Positions 1 through 9,790 of a DNA stretch of 64,000 nt are shown here, piece after piece. The translations under genes were made by a program, and so were the position numbers. The first letter of the stretch is position 1. Each line of letters begins with the position of its first letter. Source of the stretch: Patescibacteria group bacterium (GTDB taxonomy: Bacteria; Patescibacteriota; JACPGU01); the NCBI GenBank assembly GCA_028718745.1, contig JAQULF010000002.1, positions 11,628 through 75,627 on the forward strand, in the 5' to 3' direction. The notes below the pieces were generated by a model. That model did not search any database, was not told the origin of the DNA, and saw nothing but the letters and a program-made list of their open reading frames with translations.

Positions 1-2140
1 CATAAAGCATTTCAATCTCATTGTATAGCTTGAAGAATGTCTTTCTTTTTTCTTCATCTCGAAAATATTCGATCAGATTTCCTGCCAATCTATCATCAAA
101 TGATCCGGTTAATAATTCAAAATAGATTTTCGCATCAACGGTTAATTTTTCAACAAATCTTTTTTTGAGCAGTTCTAGGTCTTTCACTATTGCATTGACC
201 TCATCGCTGTCAAAAGAAAGTGCTTTTTCCAATTTGTCAAAAATTCCTACAAAATCCAGGATGAAACCATTTGGCTTTACCATTTTCATTGCCTCATTTT
301 CATAAGGGCGATTTACTCTTGCGATTGTTTGGAGCAGCGTGTGGTCGCGCATTGGCTTATCTAGATACATACAATAAAGTATCGGTGCGTCATATCCGGT
401 TAAAAGTTTCTCAGTTACGATTAAAATCTTTGGGTTAGTCCCAAACTTTGCAAATTCACGACGAACTGTTTTTTCTTTTTCGTCATCATAAGTAAATTCT
501 TTAAGCAGTTCTGAATCGTTATTATTGCCCGTATAAACTACTTCACTCCACTCTTTTGGTAAATACTTATCCAATTCCTTTTTATAAAGTGCACATGCCT
601 CGCGGTCTACTGCAACCAAAAATGCTTTATAATTCATTGGTTCAATGTGTTCTTTAAAATGTTCCGCCACAAACTTGGCTACCTTTTCTATTCTGCCTTT
701 TCCTTTTAGAAAGTTCCTGGTATTAACTGCTTTCTCCAAAACAGCATTGAGTTCTTCAATATCAGTAATCCCGCTTTCTTCTGCTAGATTAAAAAATTCT
801 CTTTCCAAAGTTTCTTTTGGCACTAACATTTCATTTGGTGCTAATGAATAATAGAGAGGAAGTGTCGTGCCATCCTCGATGCTTTCTGAAATACTATATT
901 TATGTAAATATCCTTTCGCATCATTTACTCCAAAGGTTTTGAATGTTCCTTTCCCATATTGTGCTTTATCAATCGGCGTTCCAGTATAACCAATGAAGGT
1001 TGCATTTGGCAATGCTGCCATAACAAAAGTGCCAAGATCTCCGCCAGTAGTGCGATGTGCTTCATCAATTAAAACAAAAATGTTTTTGCGAGTATTGAGA
1101 TTTGCCGGCAAACCTCTGAATTTATGAATCATAGTAATTACGATACCGCGATAATCTGATTTTAATATCTCAACCAATTCCCCAATGCTCTTTGCTTTGC
1201 GAACATTTTGCAAACCAACCGCCTCAAGGTTTGTTTTCATCTGCCCTTCCAATTCATTGCGATCGAGCATCAAAACAACCGTTGGTTTTTCGGCTTCATC
1301 AGCCTTGAATAAAAGTTCCGCGGTTTTTATCATAGTGTAAGTTTTTCCAGACCCTTGAGTATGCCAAATCAGTCCTCTTGTCGCTTCTTCTTTCAATGCC
1401 CTTGCTAAAACTGCCTCTACGGCATTAGCTTGATGTTCTCGCAAAACAATTTTTGTTAATTCTTCGTCTTTTTCTATAAACATAATATATTTCTCAATCA
1501 TGTTGAGAATATGCTTGGTATCAAAAAATGTTTTAATTTTATTTTCTAGCTCAGCAATTTTGTCGCCTTTCCAAGCAAAGATCCCTCGTTTTGAAGTATT
1601 CCAAGTTACTCCATATTCCAATCGCATTCCCTCGGTAGCCAAAAATAATTGCTCTATCGATAATAATTCCGGGGATTCTCTGTGATAACGACGAATTTGA
1701 TCAAGTGCTTTATCTAATCCCTCGTTAGTTGTTAGATTTTTACATTCTATAAAAGCAATAGGAATCCCATTGATCATGAATACTATATCTTCACGATTAG
1801 TAAATCGGCTATTAGAATATGCGAACTCATCTGTGACTTCAAAAACATTATCGCTTGGGTCTTTATAATCAATCACCAATACATTTTTCTCGCGCTTTTC
1901 TTTTTCATCATAAACGGTTGACTGATTACGAAGGAAATTCAAAAAATCTTTGTTGCCCACAATGTTTGGTCTGAAGTTCGGCGTTTTATAACCCTCTGGC
2001 AATAAGCCATTGAAATAGTATGGATTATCTTTATCAATTCTTTTTTTATCACTCTCTTCTCGTGAAACATAACTCCACCCAATTTCTTGAGCGTATTTTA
2101 TAATTCTTTGTTGCACTGATTTAGATTCTGTTGGTTTCAT
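1..2140 (-). CDS. hsdR: Type I restriction endonuclease subunit R (partial, runs off window start)
   Basis: Not in ORF track. Manual translation from ATG at 2140 gives MKPTESKSVQQRIIKYAQEIGW..., with nuclease motif DIVFMINGIPIAFIECK, QIRRY, Walker A LIWHTQGSGKT, LIDEAH and FIGYTGTP. Confidence 0.95.
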   Translation of the reverse strand, partial: MKPTESKSVQQRIIKYAQEIGWSYVSREESDKKRIDKDNPYYFNGLLPEGYKTPNFRPNIVGNKDFLNFLRNQSTVYDEKEKREKNVLVIDYKDPSDNVFEVTDEFAYSNSRFTNREDIVFMINGIPIAFIECKNLTTNEGLDKALDQIRRYHRESPELLSIEQLFLATEGMRLEYGVTWNTSKRGIFAWKGDKIAELENKIKTFFDTKHILNMIEKYIMFIEKDEELTKIVLREHQANAVEAVLARALKEEATRGLIWHTQGSGKTYTMIKTAELLFKADEAEKPTVVLMLDRNELEGQMKTNLEAVGLQNVRKAKSIGELVEILKSDYRGIVITMIHKFRGLPANLNTRKNIFVLIDEAHRTTGGDLGTFVMAALPNATFIGYTGTPIDKAQYGKGTFKTFGVNDAKGYLHKYSISESIEDGTTLPLYYSLAPNEMLVPKETLEREFFNLAEESGITDIEELNAVLEKAVNTRNFLKGKGRIEKVAKFVAEHFKEHIEPMNYKAFLVAVDREACALYKKELDKYLPKEWSEVVYTGNNNDSELLKEFTYDDEKEKTVRREFAKFGTNPKILIVTEKLLTGYDAPILYCMYLDKPMRDHTLLQTIARVNRPYENEAMKMVKPNGFILDFVGIFDKLEKALSFDSDEVNAIVKDLELLKKRFVEKLTVDAKIYFELLTGSFDDRLAGNLIEYFRDEEKRKTFFKLYNEIEMLY

Positions 2141-2871
2141 AATCGTCTTTCTAATAATTTTTTCTGATCTTCTCGTATAACTGGCAAGGAAGATTCATCT
2201 AATCCAAAAAATTTAAACAAATACATCGTTCCTTTTTCTGCAAATTCTAGGTATTTATCTTCTAGCTCATTAGTAGAATATATTTTGTTTATAACTGTAA
2301 TTTCATTTGTAGTAGCACTGTAATTTCCATAAAAAGGAACTCTTGATTGATCTATATTTTGAATTTTTCTGTTGTTTATATTATTCAATGATATATTTAG
2401 CTTTATTCTCCCTTCATACTTTTTGAGTTTAGAAATATTTGTAATAAATTTAAACATTTCGGTTAAGGTAAGTGTTGTCCCTGTAAAATTTAATATACTC
2501 ATCGGTTCAATTTTTCTAAGATAACTGTCTTGCTCAAACCAATCACTTTCTTTGAGCCAATCTTCACGCAACCCAAAAAGATGAATGAACTGCCCGGATT
2601 GAAAAAATGTCCAGCTTTCTATCAAATGATTGTAATCAGTAAAAGCATCAACCCTATCACTTTTAATACAAATCTCTTCGTTATCGTTATTTGTTTGTGG
2701 CAAATGTGGGTAACTCCAACCTCTTAGTCCTATCTTGTTTTGCTCAATAATATTTACAACATCTGCGGGATGATCAAAGAAGTTGCTTATCGGTTTAATT
2801 GGTTCTATTACTAATTTCCAATAACCCCTCGTTTTAATTTTTTTTATAACATCGTTTAGGTTTTTATTCAT
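2137..2871 (-). CDS. Hypothetical protein, probable partner of the upstream Schlafen/AlbA_2 protein
   Basis: 244 aa ORF overlapping both neighbours (ATGA overlap with hsdR); RGYW and LRGWSYPH motifs. Confidence 0.7.
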   Translation of the reverse strand: MNKNLNDVIKKIKTRGYWKLVIEPIKPISNFFDHPADVVNIIEQNKIGLRGWSYPHLPQTNNDNEEICIKSDRVDAFTDYNHLIESWTFFQSGQFIHLFGLREDWLKESDWFEQDSYLRKIEPMSILNFTGTTLTLTEMFKFITNISKLKKYEGRIKLNISLNNINNRKIQNIDQSRVPFYGNYSATTNEITVINKIYSTNELEDKYLEFAEKGTMYLFKFFGLDESSLPVIREDQKKLLERRL

Positions 2872-3523
2872 AATCAGACCTTTCTTCTTTAAGTTTTACT
2901 ACTAAGGAATCTAATTTTACATACCCTCTAATTTTCAAGTCTTGTTTGTATTTGTCGGCAGCAAGTTGAATAATTTCTTCTAATTCTTTGACCCCACATT
3001 TACGACTAGACCATTGAGCCTTATAGGTTCTTGAATATATTGTATCTTGTTTTAATAAAAAATCCTTTATTCCAGAGTCTTCTCTTGTTTTACCGTTAGC
3101 AATACACATTATTGGCATAATAGAAAATTCATCCACATTTATCAAAATGAATTTACGCATTTTCCATGGATCACCGCATTCAATTTCTCCCCATGTAATT
3201 TCAAACTCGGGAGTAATAGAGCAATATCTATGAATATCTTTTTCTATTTCTTCATAATTTTTATTAAACCAATCAAAAACTTTGTCATTGATACCAACTA
3301 TAGAATATTTTTCTTTGGTTGATTTCTTATTTACCTCTATGCCAATAATAATTGCACCACCCCCAAATGTGTTGCTCATAGCAATTACTGCTTTTATAGT
3401 TTCTTCTTTGATCTTTTTGCTTTCTTCTGCACACCACATAAATGGGGGTTTAAACTCTAAGTTTCTGCCCTCTTCTCTTCCAATTAAGTAGCCTGATAAT
3501 TCTTGTTCGTCTATTTTTCTCAT
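2864..3523 (-). CDS. Schlafen/AlbA_2 domain protein
   Basis: EGRNLEFK and IAMSNTFGGGAIIIGI match the AlbA_2 signature (ExxxxEFK ... AxxNxxGGxxxxG). Confidence 0.85.
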   Translation of the reverse strand: MRKIDEQELSGYLIGREEGRNLEFKPPFMWCAEESKKIKEETIKAVIAMSNTFGGGAIIIGIEVNKKSTKEKYSIVGINDKVFDWFNKNYEEIEKDIHRYCSITPEFEITWGEIECGDPWKMRKFILINVDEFSIMPIMCIANGKTREDSGIKDFLLKQDTIYSRTYKAQWSSRKCGVKELEEIIQLAADKYKQDLKIRGYVKLDSLVVKLKEERSDYE

Positions 3524-4773
3524 CTTATTCTCCTCTCCCCACTCATCAACTCATGAAGTAGGGTTTTGAAAAGGCTTTGACGATTTAATAATTTTTGTTG
3601 GGTTGATTCAATTTTTTGATCAATAGCTTGCAGCGCTGCAGAAATAATATTTTGCTCTTCAATTTTGGGAAGTGGTATTTCAAACATTTGGAGCTTGGAT
3701 TTTGACAAATTCGGGATTGTTGTATTATTTGCTCTACCAAGATAAACATCCGTATTATTTAGAGCATAATCCAACCAATATAATAAGAATAAACTGGAAA
3801 TTTTTTGACCTACTCTTACTCTATGTAAATGATTTTGATAATAACAATCTTGCATCTCATCCCTCCACATCGCCGTTCTTCCTACATCGCCACCCTCACA
3901 AATTAAAAGGTCACCATAATTTAGATGATATTTTTCTTCTTCTTTCTTAGAAAAGTTCATTTCATCTAATTCAGATAAATCAATTTTATTCCAAAAAACA
4001 TTTGCTGTTCGTAAAAATGGTTTTTGATTTTCTCCTATCCTATTCTTCTTTGAAACTTGTTTACCTTGCTGAATTTCTGAAAGCCTTCCCAATTCTACTA
4101 CCTCCCAACCCTCTGGAATCTCGCCAATTTCGGTCATTTTTGTTGGTTCATTTTTTGTGCCGTGGATAAAAAAATGATTCATCATGCTTCGCTTCAAATC
4201 TTTCAATTTTTCAATCAATTTCTCCTGCCCCTCAATCGCCCCTTGCACAGTTGAGAGAGCATGGACAATAGATTTTTGTTCGGAGAGAGAGGGAACTAAA
4301 ACTTCTATATTTTCAAAATTGTTTTTATTTAATATTGGTAAGGTTACTTTTGCAGCTTTACTTTCTAATACAGGTTTTTGATATTTCAAAAGATAATAAA
4401 CAAAGTTAGGGTCATTATTTTCATTACACTGAACAGCATTTATTTGTTGATTAAAAGCACTCACATCGTCTGTGGTCATACCAATTTTACCAACATTCCC
4501 AATACAACCAACTAGAATAGAATTTGCCGGCACTTTTCTTGCAACACCCAGTCCTTCATCAGTTAAAAGCTTGTGAGATGTAAAAATATATTTTGATTCG
4601 GTTAGATCTGCTGGAGAAATTAATTTATATTCTCCGCCATAGAATAATGGTTGGCTAGTGCTTGGAGTTGAGCCAGTAGAAACAAGACCAAGATCTTTGA
4701 TTTTTTTAATTTCCCATTCTTGATTTTTTATTTCTTGTGTTGGCATATTACGACTTCTTTGATAATAACTCAT
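3520..4773 (-). CDS. hsdS: Type I R-M specificity subunit S (start may be 4746)
   Basis: Two TRDs with conserved repeats (TGSTPS, PSLSEQKSI, GEIPEGWEVV, PLPKIEEQ). Confidence 0.95.
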   Translation of the reverse strand: MSYYQRSRNMPTQEIKNQEWEIKKIKDLGLVSTGSTPSTSQPLFYGGEYKLISPADLTESKYIFTSHKLLTDEGLGVARKVPANSILVGCIGNVGKIGMTTDDVSAFNQQINAVQCNENNDPNFVYYLLKYQKPVLESKAAKVTLPILNKNNFENIEVLVPSLSEQKSIVHALSTVQGAIEGQEKLIEKLKDLKRSMMNHFFIHGTKNEPTKMTEIGEIPEGWEVVELGRLSEIQQGKQVSKKNRIGENQKPFLRTANVFWNKIDLSELDEMNFSKKEEEKYHLNYGDLLICEGGDVGRTAMWRDEMQDCYYQNHLHRVRVGQKISSLFLLYWLDYALNNTDVYLGRANNTTIPNLSKSKLQMFEIPLPKIEEQNIISAALQAIDQKIESTQQKLLNRQSLFKTLLHELMSGERRIR

Positions 4774-5332
4774 TTGCCCTATTATTCATCTCGTCTATAT
4801 ATTTTTTTATTCGCTCCATTTGATCTTCATCAAATGAACACTCATTGCTTTCAAAAACCAGAAAGCTTGCTATTTCTAACCCTGGATTTATTATTTCTAC
4901 AATATATCCCTTACTAATAGACCATCCTTTTCTCGGGGTATAATGGACAAACGCATTTCTTAATCTATTATTAAGATGATCCTTCATTGTTTCGATATGA
5001 TATGGTTTGGCGATAAAAGGCTTGCTGTTTACAAAACTATTCATTTTATCCTTATCCTGAATGTAGTCTATCGCCTCACTGAAATTTAATAACTTATTCT
5101 TTTTGTTATTGATATCAACTAAACCATCCGAACCACAAATTATCGGAGTTCTCCAAACACCTGACCCATCGGTTTTTGCTAAAGCAAGAAGCATCAGATT
5201 ATGCAAGGCATGATGAAATGAAATAATAAGCCATTTGAAATTCATATCATTATTGTCTGATTCTATCAGGCAATCTCTCGCCATTCTTAAAGAATCTATT
5301 ATGTTTTCCTTTTCATCAATTCTTAACCACAT
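4748..5332 (-). CDS. Putative HEPN-domain protein
   Basis: Helical-looking 194 aa protein with an Rx4H motif (RNAFVH), between hsdM and hsdS. Confidence 0.55.
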   Translation of the reverse strand: MWLRIDEKENIIDSLRMARDCLIESDNNDMNFKWLIISFHHALHNLMLLALAKTDGSGVWRTPIICGSDGLVDINNKKNKLLNFSEAIDYIQDKDKMNSFVNSKPFIAKPYHIETMKDHLNNRLRNAFVHYTPRKGWSISKGYIVEIINPGLEIASFLVFESNECSFDEDQMERIKKYIDEMNNRANELLSKKS

Positions 5333-5362
5333 TATGTTTTCAATTTAATTTTATGGTGATTT

Positions 5363-6913
5363 TTAAAAACCTAATTCCTTTAAAACTTTTTTGAGATTTT
5401 TGTCTGCTTCTTCCGCTTTTACTTCAACATCTTTGAGCTCTATGAGAATATCCTCAACTGAAACATATTCCTCTACTCCGCCAAGGTGAATATAGCGACT
5501 TGGAGAGATATTATAATCATCTTTTTCAACATCTTTTTTTCCTATAAAAATACTAAAATTCTCAATCTCTTTTTTATTATTGTAAGTATCTACAATTTTT
5601 TTAACCTGCTCATCATTAATATAATTTTTCGGGTCGCCTTTAATAAATTCATGACTGGCATTAATAAGGAATATTCTTTCTTTTAATTCTTTTGGTTTAT
5701 TTTTATTTAGGAAAATAATTATTCCCGGTGCGGTTGTGTTATAAAAAAGATTTTCTGGCAAATATAAAACTCCTTCAATATAATCATGCTCAATAAACCA
5801 CTTGCGAACATCTTTCTCTTTATTTGTATTGGCATTGCCACTGCCACGAGAAGCAGCACCGGTATCTAAAACAATTGCAGCACGACCATTATCCTTTAAG
5901 CTTGAGAAAATGTGTTGTGCCCAACCCCAGTCGGCTTTACCGCCCGGATTACCGGCAGGGAAACGATTGTAAGTATCATTATTATAGATTTCTTCATTGA
6001 AACCAGGTTGATTCCACATCGGATTGGCAACGATGCGGTCAAACTTTTTTATTCCGTGTCCGCTTGCATCTTTAAATTTCGGATTGTTAAAAGTATCTCC
6101 CAATTCAATATCGCCCTCCATATCATGAATAATCATATTCATTTTCGCCATTGCCCAGCTTGGTGTCATACTTTCTTGACCATAAAGACGAAGTGGTGCA
6201 AAAACTTTATTACCCATTTTCTCTTTAAGAACTAATTCATTTTTTATGAGAAGTCCCGCAGAACCGCAAGTCGGATCATATACTTCCATTCCTGGTTCAG
6301 CATTCATAATATAAGCCATAATCATACCAACTTCGCGAGGCGTGTAGAATTCTCCCGCACTCTGTCCCGATCCTTCAGCAAATTTACGAATTAGATACTC
6401 ATAGCTTCGCCCAATAATGTCTGGCTCAACATCATTCAGTCCTAATCTTTTTTGACTAATTGCCTCAATAAGATTTGAAAGTCGGTCATCATCAATTTCT
6501 CGCTGCCCTCTAGTTGTAGCATTATAATCAATCGTATCAATTACACCGTCAAGTAGAGGGTTGTGCGAAGCAATCTCGCGGATTGTTTTGGTTAAATTTT
6601 CACCAATATTGGAAGAAAAAGAACGAATTACACTCCACGTATCTTCGTTTTCTGGATCTTTGGGCACGAGAGGAATAAAAAATCGAACCCTATCTCTTTG
6701 CACACCAATTCTTTTAAATGCTTCTGTCCGAGAACCAACTGACTTGGCTATTTTATTTACTTCATCATCAAAAACATCACAAAGTCGTTTCACAAAAATA
6801 AGCGGCAGAATATAATCCTTAAATTTCCCCGCATCTTTTGCGCCGCGTATCGCACAAGCAGCATCCCAGATCCATTGTTCAAGTGATTTGTTGTTTTGAA
6901 TTTCTTTTGGCAT
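5363..6913 (-). CDS. hsdM: Type I R-M methyltransferase subunit M
   Basis: WDAACAIRG N-terminus, GEFYTPREV, YDPTCGSAGLL (motif I), ANPMWN (motif IV variant). Confidence 0.95.
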   Translation of the reverse strand: MPKEIQNNKSLEQWIWDAACAIRGAKDAGKFKDYILPLIFVKRLCDVFDDEVNKIAKSVGSRTEAFKRIGVQRDRVRFFIPLVPKDPENEDTWSVIRSFSSNIGENLTKTIREIASHNPLLDGVIDTIDYNATTRGQREIDDDRLSNLIEAISQKRLGLNDVEPDIIGRSYEYLIRKFAEGSGQSAGEFYTPREVGMIMAYIMNAEPGMEVYDPTCGSAGLLIKNELVLKEKMGNKVFAPLRLYGQESMTPSWAMAKMNMIIHDMEGDIELGDTFNNPKFKDASGHGIKKFDRIVANPMWNQPGFNEEIYNNDTYNRFPAGNPGGKADWGWAQHIFSSLKDNGRAAIVLDTGAASRGSGNANTNKEKDVRKWFIEHDYIEGVLYLPENLFYNTTAPGIIIFLNKNKPKELKERIFLINASHEFIKGDPKNYINDEQVKKIVDTYNNKKEIENFSIFIGKKDVEKDDYNISPSRYIHLGGVEEYVSVEDILIELKDVEVKAEEADKNLKKVLKELGF

Positions 6914-6932
6914 AAACTAATTTATTTTTCTT

Positions 6933-6961
6933 ATTCTACCACAAAAAACACTAAAATTCAA
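6933..6961 (-). promoter_or_regulatory. sigma70-type promoter of the hsd operon
   Basis: TTGAAT-17 bp-TAGAAT on the minus strand just upstream of hsdM. Confidence 0.6.
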
Positions 6962-6994
6962 TCATAAAAAGGGGTCTTAACCCCCTCTTTTTGA
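6962..6994. terminator. Probable intrinsic terminator
   Basis: Imperfect hairpin AAAAAGGGG..CCCCCTCTTTTT downstream of ORF 7028-7465. Confidence 0.5.
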
Positions 6995-7027
6995 CTGACA
7001 CCAATATATTTTAGTTATCACCTTCAA

Positions 7028-7465
7028 TTATTGTGTGTCCTTAAGTGATAGTGGCATATTCTCTATAATTTTATCAGTAGAGGGTCTGTATAAAATGGCT
7101 TTTTTTGCTTTTGTATAGATTAACGCCTTGTCGCCGTCTTGAGCATTAGCAAAGAATGGTTGACCGGCTAATTCGGTATGATCAGTAACCGTAGCTACCG
7201 AAGGAGTTTCATCAGGTAGATCCATAAGCCTGCCAACCAATATGGTCAGATTATCTTGCTCTGCTTTAGCTGCTGCTTCAGGATCTTGCATATCGTTATA
7301 AACCTCATTTTGGAATTGTTTTAATAGCGATTGCGATTGTTGCGCTTTCTCTCTATTTTCTTTCACGATAGGCATATAAACCAAAGCGAATACTACAGAT
7401 AGAGTAACAAGCAACGCACAGACTGCTCCCCCAAGGATTAGGATAGTTTTTAGTTTTTTATTCAT
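7028..7465 (-). CDS. Membrane-anchored hypothetical protein
   Basis: N-terminal TM helix; ETPSVATVTD...PFFANAQDGDKAL...AILYRP domain resembling conserved CPR proteins. Confidence 0.7.
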   Translation of the reverse strand: MNKKLKTILILGGAVCALLVTLSVVFALVYMPIVKENREKAQQSQSLLKQFQNEVYNDMQDPEAAAKAEQDNLTILVGRLMDLPDETPSVATVTDHTELAGQPFFANAQDGDKALIYTKAKKAILYRPSTDKIIENMPLSLKDTQ

Positions 7466-7499
7466 AGTTTTTAATTACTTACATTTTTCATTTTTGTTT

Positions 7500-7736
7500 T
7501 TAGTGGATGTTCGCCATTATGAGCCCACCCACAAATCCTATTATTGCCAATCCTACTATGACTCCGATGATTACTAATATCACTCCGCAACATCCATTCA
7601 TTGATTGCAGGAACATCCCTTCTTTTGCCACCACTTCAATTTTTTTCTCAGTCGTTTTATTAAGATCTGTATGACAGTGTTTGCATATAACTGCCTCATC
7701 TTTAACTTCTTCGGCACAATGAGGACACTTCTTCAT
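7500..7736 (-). CDS. Zinc-ribbon membrane protein
   Basis: CPHC-x10-CKHC plus C-terminal TM helix; strong RBS AAGGAGG. Confidence 0.8.
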   Translation of the reverse strand: MKKCPHCAEEVKDEAVICKHCHTDLNKTTEKKIEVVAKEGMFLQSMNGCCGVILVIIGVIVGLAIIGFVGGLIMANIH

Positions 7737-7775
7737 AAAACCTCCTTTCTAAATTGGTTACTTAAATTTATTAAA

Positions 7776-7883
7776 CAAAAAGCCCACTACTAGGAAGATC
7801 TTGCGACCTCTATGGCAGTTTCCCGCCACAACGTTACACACGCCCTAATAATGGGTTTTTTGTGTGTAACGGTTTATAACCAT
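7776..7883 (-). ncRNA. Candidate structured cis-regulatory leader RNA
   Basis: GAAA and GCAA tetraloop hairpins enclosed by a long stem, plus an alternative 9-bp pairing, in a ~185-nt 5' UTR. Confidence 0.55.
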
Positions 7884-7928
7884 ACCTTAAATTTCTTTAA
7901 GGGTTAGGCTAACTAAATTGTTGACCAT

Positions 7929-7957
7929 ATTATACCTAAAATTTATACGTAAGGCAA
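7929..7957 (-). promoter_or_regulatory. sigma70-type promoter
   Basis: TTGCCT-17 bp-TATAAT. Confidence 0.65.
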
Positions 7958-8036
7958 ATTAAAAATATCTCCGCTACCTGTAGAGCCAAACCGTTTTGTG
8001 GTAGCTTTAGTGACAATAAATTATTATGTTTCCCTG

Positions 8037-8651
8037 CTATTTATAAGAGTGCTTCTTCTTTCCGGAGAGTTTAGTTTTGGCTGTTCTGGCATGTCTAACA
8101 TCCTTTTGGATTTTAGTAAGTAGTTGATTTAATTTCTTGTTATGTTCTACCATCGAATCATCATGTGGCACATTAAGGTTTTGATTGATTGAAATCACTT
8201 CGCCCAATTCTGTTTTTTCTTTTTCGAGGATCCACGTCAGCTCTCTTACGCTTGGTTCTACTTCCACTTCAACAATCATTGGTGTTTTGTCGCTGGTTTC
8301 CGAGCCGTCCGGATTCTTTTGTTTCACCGTTTTATAAATTACCTTTTTTACTTTTCTGGGATGTTTGCGCGCTTCCAATATCCTTAGCGTTTCCAACTTG
8401 CCTTCTTTTAATTCAATGTTTACCTTCTTAGCTTCCTTTTCGATCAATCTCTTTTTGTCCTCTTCAATCTTAGTGCGTATCTCGTGTCTATCTCGTTCCC
8501 ATTTATTTGTATGCTCTCTCGTATTTTTCGTGTCAGCTGTCGTCTTTTCCCATCCCTTAACATCTTTGAGCCACTGGTAAGGACTCTTTTCACTTTGATC
8601 CTCAAGATATTCTAATTTTAATTGATACCAATTTATTGTAGATTTCCCCAT
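8037..8651 (-). CDS. Phage-like hypothetical protein, possibly terminase small subunit-like
   Basis: N-terminal INWYQLKLEY resembles TerS HTH starts; coiled coil follows; lies downstream of a replication gene. Confidence 0.4.
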   Translation of the reverse strand: MGKSTINWYQLKLEYLEDQSEKSPYQWLKDVKGWEKTTADTKNTREHTNKWERDRHEIRTKIEEDKKRLIEKEAKKVNIELKEGKLETLRILEARKHPRKVKKVIYKTVKQKNPDGSETSDKTPMIVEVEVEPSVRELTWILEKEKTELGEVISINQNLNVPHDDSMVEHNKKLNQLLTKIQKDVRHARTAKTKLSGKKKHSYK

Positions 8652-8705
8652 ATTAGATCCTCACTGTTTATTTTATTTTTTATATTTTTAAAATTATAAA
8701 AACGA

Positions 8706-9206
8706 TTATTTTAATAAATTTGACATATCCATTTTCTTTATTAAATTTTCTTTATTTTTATTTATAGTTTCTTTAGATAAATAATTTGAGGTTTGAACAG
8801 TATCTTTTTGTTCATTATTCTGAACATTAAGTTCATTTGGCTGAACAATCTGTTCACTATCCCGAACTCTTTGTTCAATTTCCCGAACTTTTTTATGATG
8901 CTGTTTAGCGTTTTTCCACAAGTATTTTTCAAAATTTATAACCTTTATTTCCCTCCTTGCTTTTTGGATATAGCCTTTTTTAACCAAGCTATTTACTACT
9001 CCGCAAAGCTTGCTTTTTTTCCAACCGATTTCGCCTCCGATTTCCTCGTAAGACATTTTCACTAACCCATAATTCTTATGACTTATACCCCAGTCTGTCA
9101 TCATCAACAGAAAATACTTTAATCGCATCTCTGAGTCAGAAAGATGTCGGTCTAATTCAATATCTTCTCTATGCATAGCTAAAAATCCTGCTTTTTTCAT
9201 CGTCAT
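8706..9206 (-). CDS. Winged-HTH replication initiator-like protein
   Basis: LSDSEMRL...SYEEIGGEIGWKKSKLCGVVNSLVKKGYI wHTH; internal 21-bp periodic repeats. Confidence 0.65.
   Translation of the reverse strand: MTMKKAGFLAMHREDIELDRHLSDSEMRLKYFLLMMTDWGISHKNYGLVKMSYEEIGGEIGWKKSKLCGVVNSLVKKGYIQKARREIKVINFEKYLWKNAKQHHKKVREIEQRVRDSEQIVQPNELNVQNNEQKDTVQTSNYLSKETINKNKENLIKKMDMSNLLK
8810..8888. repeat. Iteron-like 21-bp-period repeats (YGAAC-N5-GTTCA)
   Basis: GTTCA at 8810, 8831, 8852, 8873 and YGAAC at 8821, 8842, 8863, 8884. Confidence 0.75.
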
Positions 9207-9252
9207 TTAATATTTATATAATCTGAATTTCTTTGAAACCTAATCTATTTTT

Positions 9253-9492
9253 TTATCTTTCGTAAATTTGTGTTTTGATTTCCTTTAGATAACTAAAAAA
9301 AGCTATCGGCTCAACACTCAACTTGTGTGACCAATAGTCCTTGATCAGATTATCCAATGCTTCATCTTTTCGTATGCAAAATATAGCTCTTGGCGAGGTT
9401 GTTTTTTCTATTTCTTCAATTCGATAATTATAACAACACAATACCGCGCATAATGCTAAATCCGATGTCTTAAACAATTCGTAGTGTTTCAT
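9253..9492 (-). CDS. DUF5659-like protein
   Basis: FKTSDLALCAVL...YW...L.VEP..F....K.IK..IY pattern. Confidence 0.7.
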   Translation of the reverse strand: MKHYELFKTSDLALCAVLCCYNYRIEEIEKTTSPRAIFCIRKDEALDNLIKDYWSHKLSVEPIAFFSYLKEIKTQIYER

Positions 9493-9519
9493 TGTAATTT
9501 ATAATTTTTATTAATTTTT

Positions 9520-9705
9520 TTAGCCGGACAAACATTTTTCCGTGAAAACTGATTTCAATTCAGCTGCTTTGTGTTTTGTTGTTTTGATATTTTTATTGCT
9601 ATTTTTTTCTTCGCTCTGCAAAAAATTAACAAGTATTTCAGATAATTGATCTGAAATCTTTCCTTTTTGCTCCTTAGTTAATTTTATATTTTTCTTGTTT
9701 GCCAT
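9520..9705 (-). CDS. Small hypothetical protein
   Basis: 61 aa ORF co-oriented in the module. Confidence 0.5.
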   Translation of the reverse strand: MANKKNIKLTKEQKGKISDQLSEILVNFLQSEEKNSNKNIKTTKHKAAELKSVFTEKCLSG

Positions 9706-9714
9706 AGAAATAAA

Positions 9715-9744
9715 AATATTGTAGACTTCCTATTCTACAATATT
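9715..9744. promoter_or_regulatory. Perfect 11-bp inverted repeat, operator-like
   Basis: AATATTGTAGA-N8-TCTACAATATT just upstream of ORF 9520-9705. Confidence 0.45.
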
Positions 9745-9790
9745 CCTTTTTTCTATCGGCGGTTATACTTCTAAGAGACGCTTAAGTGTT

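Noticed and set aside
8821-8877. LexA (Cheo) boxes
   Set aside because: Spacing is GAAC-N5-GTTC rather than N4, and the 21-bp periodicity fits iterons better.
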